Both the position numbers and the translations under genes were made by a program. From Neocallimastix sp. 'constans' (Eukaryota), in the NCBI GenBank assembly GCA_050613775.1, contig JBODTK010000131.1:310001-374000 (forward strand): 64,000 nucleotides of DNA, given 5' to 3'. Shown piece by piece: positions 11,434 to 24,412 of the stretch (position 1 is its first letter; every line of letters starts with the position of its first letter). The notes beneath the pieces were generated by a model. The model did not search any database. It was not told the origin of the DNA and saw only the letters and a program-made list of their open reading frames with translations.

Positions 11434-12789
11434 ATGCTAAAAATTATGTATCCATTTATTGATAAAAGTAAAAAAGATTTGAAAAGAGAACTTAATTGGG
11501 AAATTTCACATGGTAGTACTCAAGAAGTAGAAAATATTTTAAAATATGCTACAGAAAATAAAATTATTTTAAATTTGAATGAAAAAGATAAAGACAGATG
11601 GTATCCACTTTTAAATGCCACTTTAATAAATAATATTGAAATGGTTAAATTATTAATCGATTATGCCAATAAAAATAAAATTATTTTAGAATTAAATGAA
11701 AAAGGTAGATATGGATGGTATCCACTTTTACGATCAATAAATGAAATTAACATTGAAATAGTTCAATTATTGATCGATTATGCTACAGAAAATAACATTA
11801 TTTTGGAATTGAATAAAAAGGATATAAATGGAGAGTATCCACTTTTACGTGCCATTTCTAAAAATAATATTGAAATAGTTCAATTGTTAATAGATTATGC
11901 CACAGAAAATAAAATTATTTTGGAATTAAATGAAAAAGATTATTTCGGATGGTATCCACTTTTACAAGCCACTGATAATAATAATATTGAAATGGTTCAA
12001 TTATTAATGGATTATGCGGATAAAAATAAAATTATTTTGGAACTAAATGAAAGAAATTATTGTGGATGTACCCCAATATTTGAAGCAATGCAAAATAATA
12101 ATATTGAAATGTTTGAATTGTTGGTGGAATATTCCATAGAAAAAGGAATAAAATTAATAATTGATGAAAATGATATTGAAAAAGTGATTTCGGAAAATAA
12201 AAAATATGCATTAAGTCAATTAAAGAATATTTCAGAAATTAATTCTAAATTCTTTAAATTAATCTATTATTGTAAAAATAAATGTATAATGGAAGTAATA
12301 CTCAGCAGAAACAGTTACTTTTTGAAAAGACTTAATGAATTTAATGAGAATAAAGGAATAGAAAATGAAAGTAAGGATGATGAGGTATTAGAAATTAAAA
12401 ATGAAATAAGGAAAATAGAATTTGAAAAAGATAAAAAGGAAAAAGAAAAAAAGGAAAAAGAAAAAATAGGAAAAGAAAATGATATAATGGAAATAGAAAG
12501 GCAAAGAAAGATAAAAGAGGAAAAAGAAATGAAAAACTTGGAAAGAAAGAATTATATAATGGAAAAAATTAAAAATAAAAGAGATAATAATGAGACCTTA
12601 TTAACTTATGAATGTAAACAAGGTAATATTGAAAAAGTTAAAAAATTGATTCGTTATGGAATGAATATCAATAAGAAAAATAAAAATGGAGACACCCCAT
12701 TATTAATTGCGTGTAAAAATGGAAATATAGAATTAGTAAAATATTTATTAAGTTATAAAAAAGTAAAAGAAAAAATTATAATTTCATAA
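11434..12789 (+). CDS. Ankyrin-repeat / coiled-coil protein (5 long ANK repeats)
   Basis: 451-aa intact ORF with the full family architecture. Confidence 0.9.
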   Translation: MLKIMYPFIDKSKKDLKRELNWEISHGSTQEVENILKYATENKIILNLNEKDKDRWYPLLNATLINNIEMVKLLIDYANKNKIILELNEKGRYGWYPLLRSINEINIEIVQLLIDYATENNIILELNKKDINGEYPLLRAISKNNIEIVQLLIDYATENKIILELNEKDYFGWYPLLQATDNNNIEMVQLLMDYADKNKIILELNERNYCGCTPIFEAMQNNNIEMFELLVEYSIEKGIKLIIDENDIEKVISENKKYALSQLKNISEINSKFFKLIYYCKNKCIMEVILSRNSYFLKRLNEFNENKGIENESKDDEVLEIKNEIRKIEFEKDKKEKEKKEKEKIGKENDIMEIERQRKIKEEKEMKNLERKNYIMEKIKNKRDNNETLLTYECKQGNIEKVKKLIRYGMNINKKNKNGDTPLLIACKNGNIELVKYLLSYKKVKEKIIIS

Positions 12790-14089
12790 AATCCTTTTCT
12801 CTCTCTCTTCTCTTCATAATAATAATAATAAGAAAATTTTTTATTTTATTAACTACTATAAAAAAAAATTAGAAATTATTATTTTTTATTTTAACATTAA
12901 AATTTATTAAAAAAATTCTTTTAATATAAATAATAATAAAAAAAATGTTGTGTATATAAGAAAAAAAATTTTAAATATAGAATTTTTTATTTATTTTTTT
13001 TTTTTATTTTTAAAATATTTTTTTTTCAACTTTAATTTGAAAATATTTTATTATTGCGTCTTTTTATGTAGTAATTTTTTATAATTAAAATATTTAATTT
13101 TTATCTTTTAAAAAAAAAATTTGATAATTTTTAAATTTTTTTATTTTTTTATTTTTTTATTTTATTTTTTATTTTAATTTCATTTAATGTTTTTATTTTA
13201 TTTTAATTTTTTTTTTTTTTACTTGTCAGAAATTCATGTCATTAAATATTATATAAATATTTTTTAATTTTTAATAATTTTGGAGTGAAACGAAAATTTT
13301 TTTTTATTAATTTTTTTTTATTATAAATTTATCATTGATAAATTTTGAATAATATACACCACATTGCAGAATTCCAAATTGAAATGTAAAATAAATAAAT
13401 AAATAAATAAAATATATGGATGACATCTATGTTTTATAAGAAACTATTTATAAAATAATTGAAAACATTATTTTTATTACTAATAGTAATTATGTTTATG
13501 AAAAATAAAATTAAAAAAAAAAAAAAAATAATATGAATGAATTGGAAAATATCTTCATTTTATTGTCCTATTTCTTTAAATAAAATCTATTATGAAAGTA
13601 AGAAATAATATATTATAAAAAAAAAAAAAAAAGATAAAACTTATGTTATTACAATTATATTTATTATTTATTATTTTATTTATTTATAATTATTTAATAT
13701 TATTTATTTATTTATTTATTATTTATTATTTATTATTTTATAGAACTAAAAAGAGATTAACAAATGTAAAATAATAATTTATTAAATATGTAAATATTTA
13801 TTATATTTTAATAATATATGATAATATATTTATTCATTTAATTTAAATAATAAAAAGGAAATAAAAAAAAAAATTAAAAATTTAAAACTATTTTTTTTTA
13901 TGGATAAAATCAATACTTTATAAAATCAAATAATTATAATATCATCAAGAACAATAATATATTTCAAGATTTCATATATTCAACACTATCATTTTTTTTA
14001 ATATTATTTAAAGGGAGTTAATGTTCATTTTTATTTTTTTTTTATTTTTATTTTATTTTATATATATTAAAAAAAAATAAATAAAATTA

Positions 14090-14935
14090 TTTATGTTCCT
14101 ACGGTCACTCATAAGGAAGAAAGAACGATTGCCTTTTCAGAAATTACTAATTGGATAAAGAAACATATTAATACACCTTCTATTCTTGTAGGTAACTTTA
14201 ATATGTCTAAATCCCAATTAGAAAGTTTACTTAATAAATCCTCTCATCATTGATTCACTAAAAATTTAACAGGTCTTGATTTCACATGGGCTCGGGATGG
14301 TAGATTGTCTTGTATTGATCATGTTTTTTTATTTAATTGTAAAAATGAAGGAATACATTAGTACGGTATCTGTTTGTAGTACATTCAATAGTACATTAGT
14401 ATTTCCATTAAAAGAAAAATAGCCTTGGAAGATTTGCCCTAAATGTTGCCCTTGTTGTGGTGTTAGTGTACCTAGTAGCTTTTCTCACTGGATCTTTGCC
14501 TGTAAAGAATTGGAATATCTCAGAAATAAATCTTTACCTTTTCAAGATGATCTCTTTTTGAAGTTTACTATGATAATTGAACAAAAATTCTTAGATGTTT
14601 CTTTAGATTCAGAAAAGAATTATGATCATAATATTTATTACTTTATATTGAGTGCTCTTCTTAGCAGGGCGATCAATATATGACAAAATTAAATTTAATG
14701 ATGTGGGAACAAAGATAATTAGTTGACAATATTTTTAAACAAGGTTCAACTTCGTCAACTGTTCCATATTTTGTGGGGATTGCGGAGTTTCTAACAAACG
14801 TAATACCATTAATTTGTCGATCTTTTAGATTGATGATGAAATGGTATTCCGTTGAATCTATTGAATCTACCGTTGCCGAGAGTGTCGACGTCGAAATGAT
14901 AAGGCATGGATTTTCACCTCCCGGTGAAAAAAAAT
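14090..14935 (+). mobile_element. Internally deleted LINE: AP-endonuclease fragment joined to ORF2 C-terminus and 3' end
   Basis: Manual translation gives YVP...PSILVGNFNM...FTWARDGRLSCIDHVF (APE GDFN and IDH motifs), then CPKCCPCCG...FSHWIFACKEL (CCHC knuckle). No RT domain between them. Ends with hairpin TTTTCACC-GGTGAAAA and an A-rich tail. Confidence 0.75.
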
Positions 14936-15099
14936 AATACAAATTCGTTAGATAACACTAATACTGAAATTATTACTCGCAATAATGGACATGGTGTTAT
15001 CATCGATGAATGGGAAAAATTAGAAGCTATTGCTTCTAACGTACTTTTATAATTTTATAATACATAATATTTTATTTCATATATTTTTTTTTTATTTTT

Positions 15100-16335
15100 C
15101 ATTTAAATCATGTAATCTTATTATTATTATAAATTAAATAAAATTTTCTCTAAGTCTTAAAAAAAAAACAATGAATTAAATAATGTACTTCAAATTCAAA
15201 AAAAAAATAATTTATTAATAATGAAATAAAAATAATTAATATAATTTTAAATATATTTAATTAACTTCATATAATCTAACATTCCCCTTCAAACCAAAAT
15301 ACTTTTTAATAAATATTTGGTCTTTAAATTTGATCATTTATAGTCCATTTAAGTTCTTGATTAAAGGATTCGCTTGCATCTTCTCGGTAATGATAAAATT
15401 TAAAGTAAAATTACTTTAATATTGTCATAATTAAAATGAAATTTTATATCTTTGTGTTTCAATTTATTATTGATTTCTCCGTTTTTGAGTGTTGTTTTTC
15501 TTGCAAATATTATCAGTCATAAATTTGAATAATTTTTGTTAATATTGAATAGCTCCATGAAAAATATTTCTGATCAATAAAGCTTTCTTAACACATTCGC
15601 TGGTAGCAATATATTTCAGTTCGGCAGTAGATGTGGCAACCAAGGATTGTTTTTTCGATTGCCATCAAATTGGATCCCATTCTCATTAGAAATTTATATA
15701 TCCGGAGGGTGGATTTTCTATCATTGGGATTCTCCAGCATCATCCGAGGTCTGTAGAAGCTAGTATTTCACCTTTCTTTACCTTTATATGTGATTTTGTA
15801 ATCTTTTGTTATAGTTTTGATATTTTAAAATAGTTATTACCTTATTTCCAGTCATCCATTGTGGGTTTTTCCCGATTGTCCGATTGTCTTGCAATTTTAC
15901 CTGTGGCATAAGCTAAATATATCTGGTCTGGCACAACGTGCTAAATATAGGAGAGATCCTACGGCACCTTTATAAGTTATTTTATTAAAATTTCTTATTG
16001 TTGGTTAATCGTTTTATTTATTTCTGAACATTGTTATTTTTTTTTCTTTTCTATTATTTGTTATTTTGAATTTTTTGTAAAATGTCGTTAATTAATTGTG
16101 TTTATGAAATGAGAGTAGTTGAAATTACTTTCTTCGATTTTAATTCCTAGTTGAAGTAGATCGTTTGCCTTGCTTGTATTTCGATATTTTTAAAATTATT
16201 TTTTTTATTTTATAGATCATTTTATTTATTTAATACCTGTGTATTCGTCCCATACATACTTCTATTATATATGATACCAAAGTCTTCATCCTTTTTCTTA
16301 AAAATACATGGCTCTGAAGAAAGATGGCTTAATTG
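15100..16335 (-). mobile_element. Degenerate Ty1/copia RT-RNase H remnant with PPT and 3' LTR start (left boundary approximate)
   Basis: Minus strand encodes SEPCIF, GAVGSLLYLARCARPD, STLRI and KQSLVATSTAE-like motifs. CTAACA ends at 15281 and is followed by TTCCCCTTC, the reverse complement of a PPT. Confidence 0.8.
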
Positions 16336-16344
16336 AATGATTTC

Positions 16345-16960
16345 TTAATAGTTTTTTGAGGGAAGAATACATTTCTCAGTAGCTTTGTTTACTGTAGGGA
16401 TCCCGTAGACGAGACCAGAAACATTGAAAAGTTTATTGATTTTTATTTTTTTTTTGATTTCTGGATAAATACAATTTATGTCAGATCCATAATCAATTAA
16501 AACCTTGATTTTTGATTCTTCTATATTATTAGTTTTGATATAAAAATCTAATATAATGATTTTGTTAGAATATTTGTCCTCACGACAGATTTCTCTTACT
16601 GAATAAAAGTCATGACCTTTGTCAAGTCTTCGAATTCTTTTCATTTCGGTGGATTCGTTTTCATCATTTTTGGACAGGTTCCTTTCCTTTCCTTAACATT
16701 CTGAGATTTATTTCGGTCTGATTTTGTTTGGACAGTTGAAACTCATATGTCAAGACTACTTACAACGAAAATAGATTCCCTTTCTGCTATCTTCTCTATA
16801 ATCCTTTTTATTATTCTCGTTATTTTTTGTTCGAGAGTTATATTTTATATCATTTGGACCTCTCTTTATTTGGTAGAGGTCAATTTCCTTTAGGTCGTTA
16901 TAAGGTGTAACTTGTTCATAGTAGTCAGTTTTGTCGTTTCTTTGAAACAAATTTTTTATA
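16345..16960 (-). mobile_element. Ty3/gypsy-like gag zinc knuckle and aspartic protease remnant
   Basis: ORF pieces RKGIYFRCK..(H)..NCP and IKVLIDYGSDINCI (degenerate LIDSG protease motif). Confidence 0.7.
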
Positions 16961-17049
16961 TTGAGAATAGTGGTAGAATCATATTACCCAGTGAGAAGCA
17001 CGAAGCCAACAGAAAATAAAAAAACTACAAAAAAAAAAAAAAAAAAAAT

Positions 17050-17953
17050 TTGACCCAACAACTTACTGTTCAGCGATAGGGAATATATTATTTCTGGCTG
17101 TATGTGCAAGACTAGATATATTATTCTAGGTAAGTAAATCAGCTAAAAGGTCTGCTAATCCATCAATGGAAGATTGGAAAAATGTATTGAAAATATTTAA
17201 ATAGAATAAAGGAACAATTAATTAAATTAATTAATTACGGAATTAATTTTACAAAAAATAGAAAAATAGAAGCATTTGTTGAACCGGATTATGCTGGGAA
17301 TACTGAAACAAGAACATCAACAATGATGGGAAATAGTCCAATAAGTTGGTGCTCCAAGCTTCAAAGTTCAATATCCACATCAATTGCTGAATCTTAATAT
17401 TATTGCTTAAGTGTAGGTGGAAAACACTGTATTTCGTATCTTAACTAACTTAATGAATTGAATTTAAATATATAAAATATATTCCATTTAACATAGATAA
17501 TAAGACTGCAATTTACAATAGTAAAAATCAAACAATTAATCCAAGAACTAAACATATTGACATAAGAGTACATTATATAAGAGAACATATTAAAGAAAAT
17601 AAAATATAACTTAAGGACATAAAATCAAAATATATTATTGCCGATGGATTTACAAAGTATCTGAATAATGCATTAAAGAATAAATTTAGAAAATTTATAT
17701 TATTCAATAATAATAAGCAAAGTTTGTATATAAAAAAATTCAAGTATATTTCTAAACGTATATATATTTGAGGAGTGTTAAAAGATAAAAACAGTTATGT
17801 AGTTATATTTAATTTATACTAACTTATTAAAATGAATCTATCCATATTAAAAATAATATTTTTTATACTGTTATTTAATAATATTTTATAATTAAAATAT
17901 TAAACTTTTAATTTATAATTTTAATATTTTTTTTTTTTTTAATTTTGGTTTCA
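17050..17953 (+). mobile_element. Ty1/copia RT-end/RNase H remnant with probable 3' LTR (17776-17953)
   Basis: Motifs SAIGNILFLAVCAR, DYAG, SPISWCSKLQ, INPRTKHIDIRVHYIRE and ADGFTK. Purine tract GAGGAG is followed by TGTTAA...TTTCA. Confidence 0.8.
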
Positions 17954-17956
17954 TAT

Positions 17957-18351
17957 AGTAAGGATTATGAAGTATTAGAAATTGAAAATAAAATAAAGAA
18001 AATAGAATTTGAAAAGGATAAAAAGGAAAAAGAAAAAACGGAAAAGAAAACGATATAATGAAAATAGAAAGGCAAAGAAAGATAAAAGAGGAAAAAGAAA
18101 AGAAAAACTTGGAAAGAAAGAATTATATAATGGAAAAAATTAATATTAAAAGAGATAATAAAGAGACTTTATTAAATAATGAATGTAAATATGGTAACAT
18201 TGAAGAGGTTAAAAAATTAATTCATTGTGGAATGGATATCAATAAGAAAAATAAAGATAGAGAAACACCATTATTAATTGGATTTGAAAATAGAAATATA
18301 GAATTAACAAAATATTTATTAAGTGATAAAAAAGTAAAAGAAAAATTATAA
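17957..18351 (+). pseudogene. 3' remnant of ankyrin/coiled-coil gene truncated by the TE cluster
   Basis: Closely matches the 3' end of 11434-12789 and begins directly after the LTR. Confidence 0.85.
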
Positions 18352-18775
18352 TTTCATAAAATCCTTTTATCTCTCTTCTGTTCATAATAATAATAATAAG
18401 AAAATTTTTATTTTATTAATTATTATAAAAAACAAATTAAAAATTATTATTTTTTATTTTTACAACAGAATTTAATAAAAATTCTTTTATTTTAATAATA
18501 ATGAAAAAATTTAATTTTTATAATGAAAGAAAAAAAAAAAAAGAACAAAATCAAAATAAAATATAAAAAAAATAAAGTTAGAATTAAAAAAATAAATTAT
18601 AATTTTTTTTATTTTTTATTTTATTATTCTAATTCTAACTAATAAAAATAAAAAAAATTAAAATTATTTTTTTAAATATATATATTTTTTAATTTTCATT
18701 TTAAAGTATTTATTATATGCTGTTATATAATTATATTTTATAATTAAAATATTTAATTATAACTTTAAATGTATA

Positions 18776-18961
18776 TGTTGGAATATGTGAAATATGAGTT
18801 TAAATGTATTAAAATGTAATGTATGTAATGTAATGTATGAGCCACAATGTATTAATATAAAAGCATGTAATTTAATATAATTTAATATTTGCAGCTCTTT
18901 ATCATAAAATATATTAATAAAGTTTATATAATGATTAAACCTAAATTCCTGACTCTTAACA
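18776..18961 (+). mobile_element. Solo LTR of the 1842-2729 family
   Basis: TGTTGGAATATGTGAAAT...GAGCCACAATGTATTAATATAAAA...GCAGCTCTTTATCATAAAATATATTAATAAAG...GACTCTTAACA. Absent from the paralogous intergenic region near 31590. Confidence 0.85.
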
Positions 18962-19948
18962 ATATTAATTTAAAATATTAAATTTATTATTAAATGTCTA
19001 AAAGAAAAAAAATTATTAAATTGTTATTAATTTTTTTTTTTTTAGTCATTCATTTTTATATTTATATAAATATATTTTTTATTTTTTCAAATTTTCCAAA
19101 AGAAAAGCTGCTTTTTATTTAATCTAATTTTTATTTATAACTCTATTATTATAAAATTTGAATAATATTAAACCCCTTCTAGAATTCCAAATTAAAATGT
19201 AAAATACATAAGTAAATAAATAAATATGAATATGAATGTGAATGTGAATATGAATGATGTCTATGTTTATAGGCAATTATTTATAAAAATATTATCATTA
19301 AATTATTAATATTATTTATTCCTATAAAATATAAAAAAAAAATAAATTGAAAATAGATTGAATTAGAAAATATCTTCATTTTATTATTATATTTCTTTTA
19401 ATAAAATCTATTATGAAAGAAAAAGATAAAATATTGTAAATAATAAAAAAAATACAATTTATGTTATCATAATTATATTTATTATTTATTTGTTTATTTA
19501 TAGACATAAAAAGCAATTAAAAATAATTTAATAAATATATAAATATTATTTTAATATATATTATAATATATATATAATATATATTGATTTAATTTAAATA
19601 ATAAAAAAAGGAAATAAAAAAAGGAAATAAAATAATTTAATTTTTTTTTTTTAGTTCCAAAATTTTTTGTTTTATTTTTTTTTTTTTTTAATAATAATAA
19701 TAATTTAATTTTTTTTTTAAAAAAAAAGGAAATAATACAAAAAAAGGAAATAAAAAAAATTTTTTTTATTTATTATTTTTAGTATATAAGGAAAAAAAAA
19801 TTATTTAATAAAAAAAAAAAAAAAAATAAGAACTTGTTTTTCTTTAAATACTTAAAATAAATAAATAAAAAATTAAAAAAAAAAAAAAAATTAATCATAG
19901 AATATAATTTTAAAGAATAAAATAATTGAATTAAAATAAAAAAAAAAA

Positions 19949-22654
19949 ATGTTAAATATTATGAATTCTTTTTTTTATAAAAATAAAGGAGATTTGAAAA
20001 GAGAACTTCATGATGGAATTATAAATCACAATACTCAAAATGTAAAAAAAATTTTGGATTATGCATCCAAAAATAAAATTATTTTAGAATTAAATAAAAA
20101 AGATGAATATGGAGACTATCCATTGTTAGAAGCAAATTTAGAAAGTAATATTGAAATGGTTAAATTATTAATGGATTATGCCAATAAAAATAAAATTATT
20201 TTGGAATTAAATGAAAAAAATTATATAGGATGGTATCCACTTTTTAAAGCCACTGATAATAATAATATTGAAATGGTTCAATTATTAATAGATTATGCGA
20301 ATAAAAATAAAATTATTTTAGAATTAAATGAAAGAGATAAATTTGGATATAACCCAATACTAATAGCAATATATAATAATAATATTGAAATGGCTAAATT
20401 ATTAATAGATTACGCGAATAAAAATAAAATTATTTTAGAATTAAATGAAAGAGATAAATTTGGATATAACCCAATACTTATAGCAATACATAATAATAAT
20501 ATTGAGACGGCTAAATTATTAATAGGTTACGCGAATAAAAATAAAATTATTTTAGAATTAAATAAAAAAGATGACAGTGAAAAGTCTCCATTTTTAGAAG
20601 CATTTGATAAAAGAAATATTGACATGGTTAAATTATTAATGAATTATGCCAATAAAAATAACATTATTTTGAAATTAAATGAAAAGGATAAAGATGAATG
20701 GTATCCACTTTTAGAATTCACTTATTGTAATAATATAGAAATATTTAAATTATTAATAGAATATGCCTTTAAAAATAAAATTATTTTGGAATTAAATGAA
20801 AAAATTTATTTAGGATATTATTCATTTTTAAATACTATTTCTAAAAATAATATTGGAATGGTTAAATGGTTTATAGATTATGGAACAGAAAATAAAATTA
20901 TTTTAGAATTGAATAAAAAAGATAAATATGGAGACTATCCACTTTTAGAAGCAATTTCTAAAAATAATATTGAAATGGTTAAATTATTAATGAATTATGC
21001 CAATAAAAATAAAATTATTTTGGAATTAAATGAAAAAGATATATATGGAAACTATCCACTTTTAAGTGCCACTTTAAAAAATAATATTGAAACAGTTAAA
21101 TTGTTAATAGATTATGCAAATAAAAATAAAATTATTTTGGAATTAAATAAAAAAGATAAATATGGAGACTATCCATTTTTAGTAGCAATAACTGAAAATA
21201 ATTTTGAATTAGTTAAATTATTAATGGATTATGCCAAAAAAAATAAAATTATATTGGAATTAAATGAAAAAGGTAGAAATAGATGGTATCCACTTTTAAG
21301 TGCAATTTCTAATAATAATTTAGAAATAATTCAATTGTTAATAAATTATGCCAATAAAATTAAAATTATTTTGGAATTAAATGAAAAAGATGACTATGGA
21401 GAGTATCCACTTTTATGTGCTACTTTTAAAAATAATATTGGAATGGTTAAATGGTTAATAGATTATGGAACAGAAAATAAAATTATTTTAGAATTAAATA
21501 AAAAAGATAAATATGGAGACTATCCATTGTTAGAAGCAATTTTAGAAAGTAATATTGAAATGGTTAAATTATTAATGGATTATGCCAATAAAAATAAAAT
21601 TATATTGGAATTAAATGAAAAAGATATATACGGATGGTATCCACTTTTAAAAGCAATTTCAAAACGTAATATTGAAATGGTTAAATTATTAATGAATTAT
21701 GCCAATAAAAATAAAATTATTTTGGAATTAAATAAAAAAAATAAATATGGATGGTATCCACTTTTAAGTGCTATTTCTAATAATAATATTGAAATAGTTC
21801 AATTATTAATTGATTATGCCAATAAAAATAAAATTATTTTGGAATTAAATAAAAAAGATATATTTAAATTTACTCCAATATTTGCGGCAATGGAAAAAAA
21901 TAATATTGAAATGTTTAATTTGTTGGTTGAATACTCCATAGAAAAAGGAAAAAAATTAATAATTGATGAAAATGATATTGAAAACGCAATTTCAAAAAAA
22001 TATTCATTTTGTAAATTAAAGAATATTTCAGAAATTAATTCTATATTTGTAAAATTAATCTATTTACATAAGAATAAAAATTTAATTGAAGTAATGTTTA
22101 GTGAAAACAGTTACTTTTTGAAAAGATTTAAAGAAATTAATGAAAATAAAGGAATAGAAAATGAAAGTAAGAATTACGAGGTATTAGAAATTGAAAATGA
22201 AATAACGAAAATAAAATTGGAAAATGAAAGAAAAGCAAAAAAAAAGATAAATAATGAATATGAATTAGTGAAAATAGAATTGAAAGAAGAAAAAAATGAA
22301 AAAGAAAAAATAAGAAAAGAAATTGAATTAATGAAAATAGAATTGGCAAAAGAAAAAAAGGAAAAAGAAAAAATAAGAAAAGACAACGAATTAATGAAAA
22401 TAGAAAATAAGAAAAAAGAAAACCAAAAATTGGAAATAAAGAATTATATAATGGAAAAGATTAATAATAAAAGAGATAATAATGAGACCTTACTAACCTC
22501 TGAATGTAAACAAGGTAATATTGAAGAAGTTAAAAAATTGATTCATTGTGGAATGGATATCAATAAGAAAAATAAAGATGGAGACACCCCATTATTAATT
22601 GCATGTAAAAATGGAAATATAGAATTAGTAAAATATTTATTAAGTTATAAATAA
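19949..22654 (+). CDS. Ankyrin-repeat / coiled-coil protein, B type (16 long ANK repeats)
   Basis: 901-aa intact ORF with 39-aa (117-bp) periodicity. Confidence 0.92.
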   Translation: MLNIMNSFFYKNKGDLKRELHDGIINHNTQNVKKILDYASKNKIILELNKKDEYGDYPLLEANLESNIEMVKLLMDYANKNKIILELNEKNYIGWYPLFKATDNNNIEMVQLLIDYANKNKIILELNERDKFGYNPILIAIYNNNIEMAKLLIDYANKNKIILELNERDKFGYNPILIAIHNNNIETAKLLIGYANKNKIILELNKKDDSEKSPFLEAFDKRNIDMVKLLMNYANKNNIILKLNEKDKDEWYPLLEFTYCNNIEIFKLLIEYAFKNKIILELNEKIYLGYYSFLNTISKNNIGMVKWFIDYGTENKIILELNKKDKYGDYPLLEAISKNNIEMVKLLMNYANKNKIILELNEKDIYGNYPLLSATLKNNIETVKLLIDYANKNKIILELNKKDKYGDYPFLVAITENNFELVKLLMDYAKKNKIILELNEKGRNRWYPLLSAISNNNLEIIQLLINYANKIKIILELNEKDDYGEYPLLCATFKNNIGMVKWLIDYGTENKIILELNKKDKYGDYPLLEAILESNIEMVKLLMDYANKNKIILELNEKDIYGWYPLLKAISKRNIEMVKLLMNYANKNKIILELNKKNKYGWYPLLSAISNNNIEIVQLLIDYANKNKIILELNKKDIFKFTPIFAAMEKNNIEMFNLLVEYSIEKGKKLIIDENDIENAISKKYSFCKLKNISEINSIFVKLIYLHKNKNLIEVMFSENSYFLKRFKEINENKGIENESKNYEVLEIENEITKIKLENERKAKKKINNEYELVKIELKEEKNEKEKIRKEIELMKIELAKEKKEKEKIRKDNELMKIENKKKENQKLEIKNYIMEKINNKRDNNETLLTSECKQGNIEEVKKLIHCGMDINKKNKDGDTPLLIACKNGNIELVKYLLSYK

Positions 22655-23461
22655 GTAAAAGAAAAAGTTATATTTTCATAAAGCCTTTTTCTCTCCCTTA
22701 TTTTCATAATAAGCAAATTTTTTATTTTATTAATTATTGTAAAAAATAAAGATTAGCGGTTATTATTTTTTATTTTTACAATAGAATTTGTTTAAAATTT
22801 TTTTATTATAAATAATAATGAGAAAAAGTTAATTTTATAATGAAATAATAAAAATAACAAAAATAATAATAATAATAATAATTAAAAAAAAAAAAAAAAA
22901 ATGTCGTCAAAATATTGAAAACATTATTATTATTGAAATGGATTGAATTTGAAATTATCTTCATTTTTATTATCCTTTTTCTTTAAATAAAATCTATTAT
23001 GAAAGAAAAAGATAAAATGAAATATAAAATAAAAAATGATGTAATTTCTTATATTATAATTATATTTATTTTTTATTATTTTTATTTTATTATAATTATA
23101 TTTATTATTCATTATTTATTATTCAATATTCAATTATTTATTATAATTTATTTTATTTATTATTGATAACAGGTTATTAATATAATTATAATATTAATAA
23201 AATGTTTTTGCTAAGTTGGCTTCTAACTCTTCATTAAAGAATTACTTTACAACTTTTATGATAAATTATTACTAATGTAATTTTTTTTATTTATAAATAA
23301 AATACCAGATAAAAATATAACTAAATATAAAAATAATTATTTTCTTATTAATTATTTTTTATTATTAATATTCAACAAAAAAAAAAAAAAAACTAATAAA
23401 ACATAAATAATACATTTTACATTAAAATTGATTTCTTTTATTCCTAAATTCTCTTGTAACT

Positions 23462-23494
<33 letters not shown>

Positions 23495-24240
23495 CATAAA
23501 GAAGTCCAATTTTGCATAATTTTTCTAATTTTTCTAATTTTCTATTTATTTTTTTTTTTTTCTCTTATTTAAAAATAACTTAATCTATTTAATTAATCCA
23601 TATATTATTTAAAAAAAAATTATATATAAAATATAATTTATAATATATAAAAATACAACTTAATAATATAAATTTAATATATGAATATAATATATAAGTA
23701 ATATAATTTTCTTAATTATTAATACATTATTAATATATTGTTAATATATTGTTAATATATTATTTATGTATAACTTTATAATCTTTTAACATAAAATTTT
23801 ATTTTAATTTTATATATTGTATACATAAATAGATTTTGTATACATTTTATATTTCACTTTTTTTAAATATTTTTGTTAATTCTTTATCAAATATTATTTA
23901 TTTAATTATTTATTATGATTTATTATTTTATTATTTAATTATTTATAGTTATAAAAAGGAATTAAAAAATTTAAAATAATATAATATATTATAATATAAA
24001 ATAATATATTAATTTAATTTAAATAATTAAAAATTAAATAATAATAAATTAAATAAAAAAATTAAAAAATTTTTTTTTTAGTTCCAAATTTTTTAAAATT
24101 TTTTTTTTTAATTATTTAAATTTTATTTAAAAATTTTAAAACGGAAATAAAAAAAATTTTTTTAATTATTTTTATTTGTATAAAAGGAAGGAAAATTTCT
24201 CATAAAAAAAAAAATTTTTTTTTTTTAAATTCATAAAAAG

Positions 24241-24272
<32 letters not shown>

Positions 24273-24412
24273 AATTAATAAATAAATAAATAAAATAAAA
24301 ATTAAAATTAAATAATAAATAAACTCATCTTTTATTAGGAAAAGCAAAAAAAAATAAAAATAAATAAAAAAAAAATTTTATTGAATAGAAATAAAAAAAA
24401 AATTTAAAAATT

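Noticed and set aside
14673..14942. 89-aa minus ORF, and short ORFs opposite copia pol (32518, 33732, 43616, 44473, 44763, 45722, 52230)
   Set aside because: Antisense to LINE or copia coding sequence.
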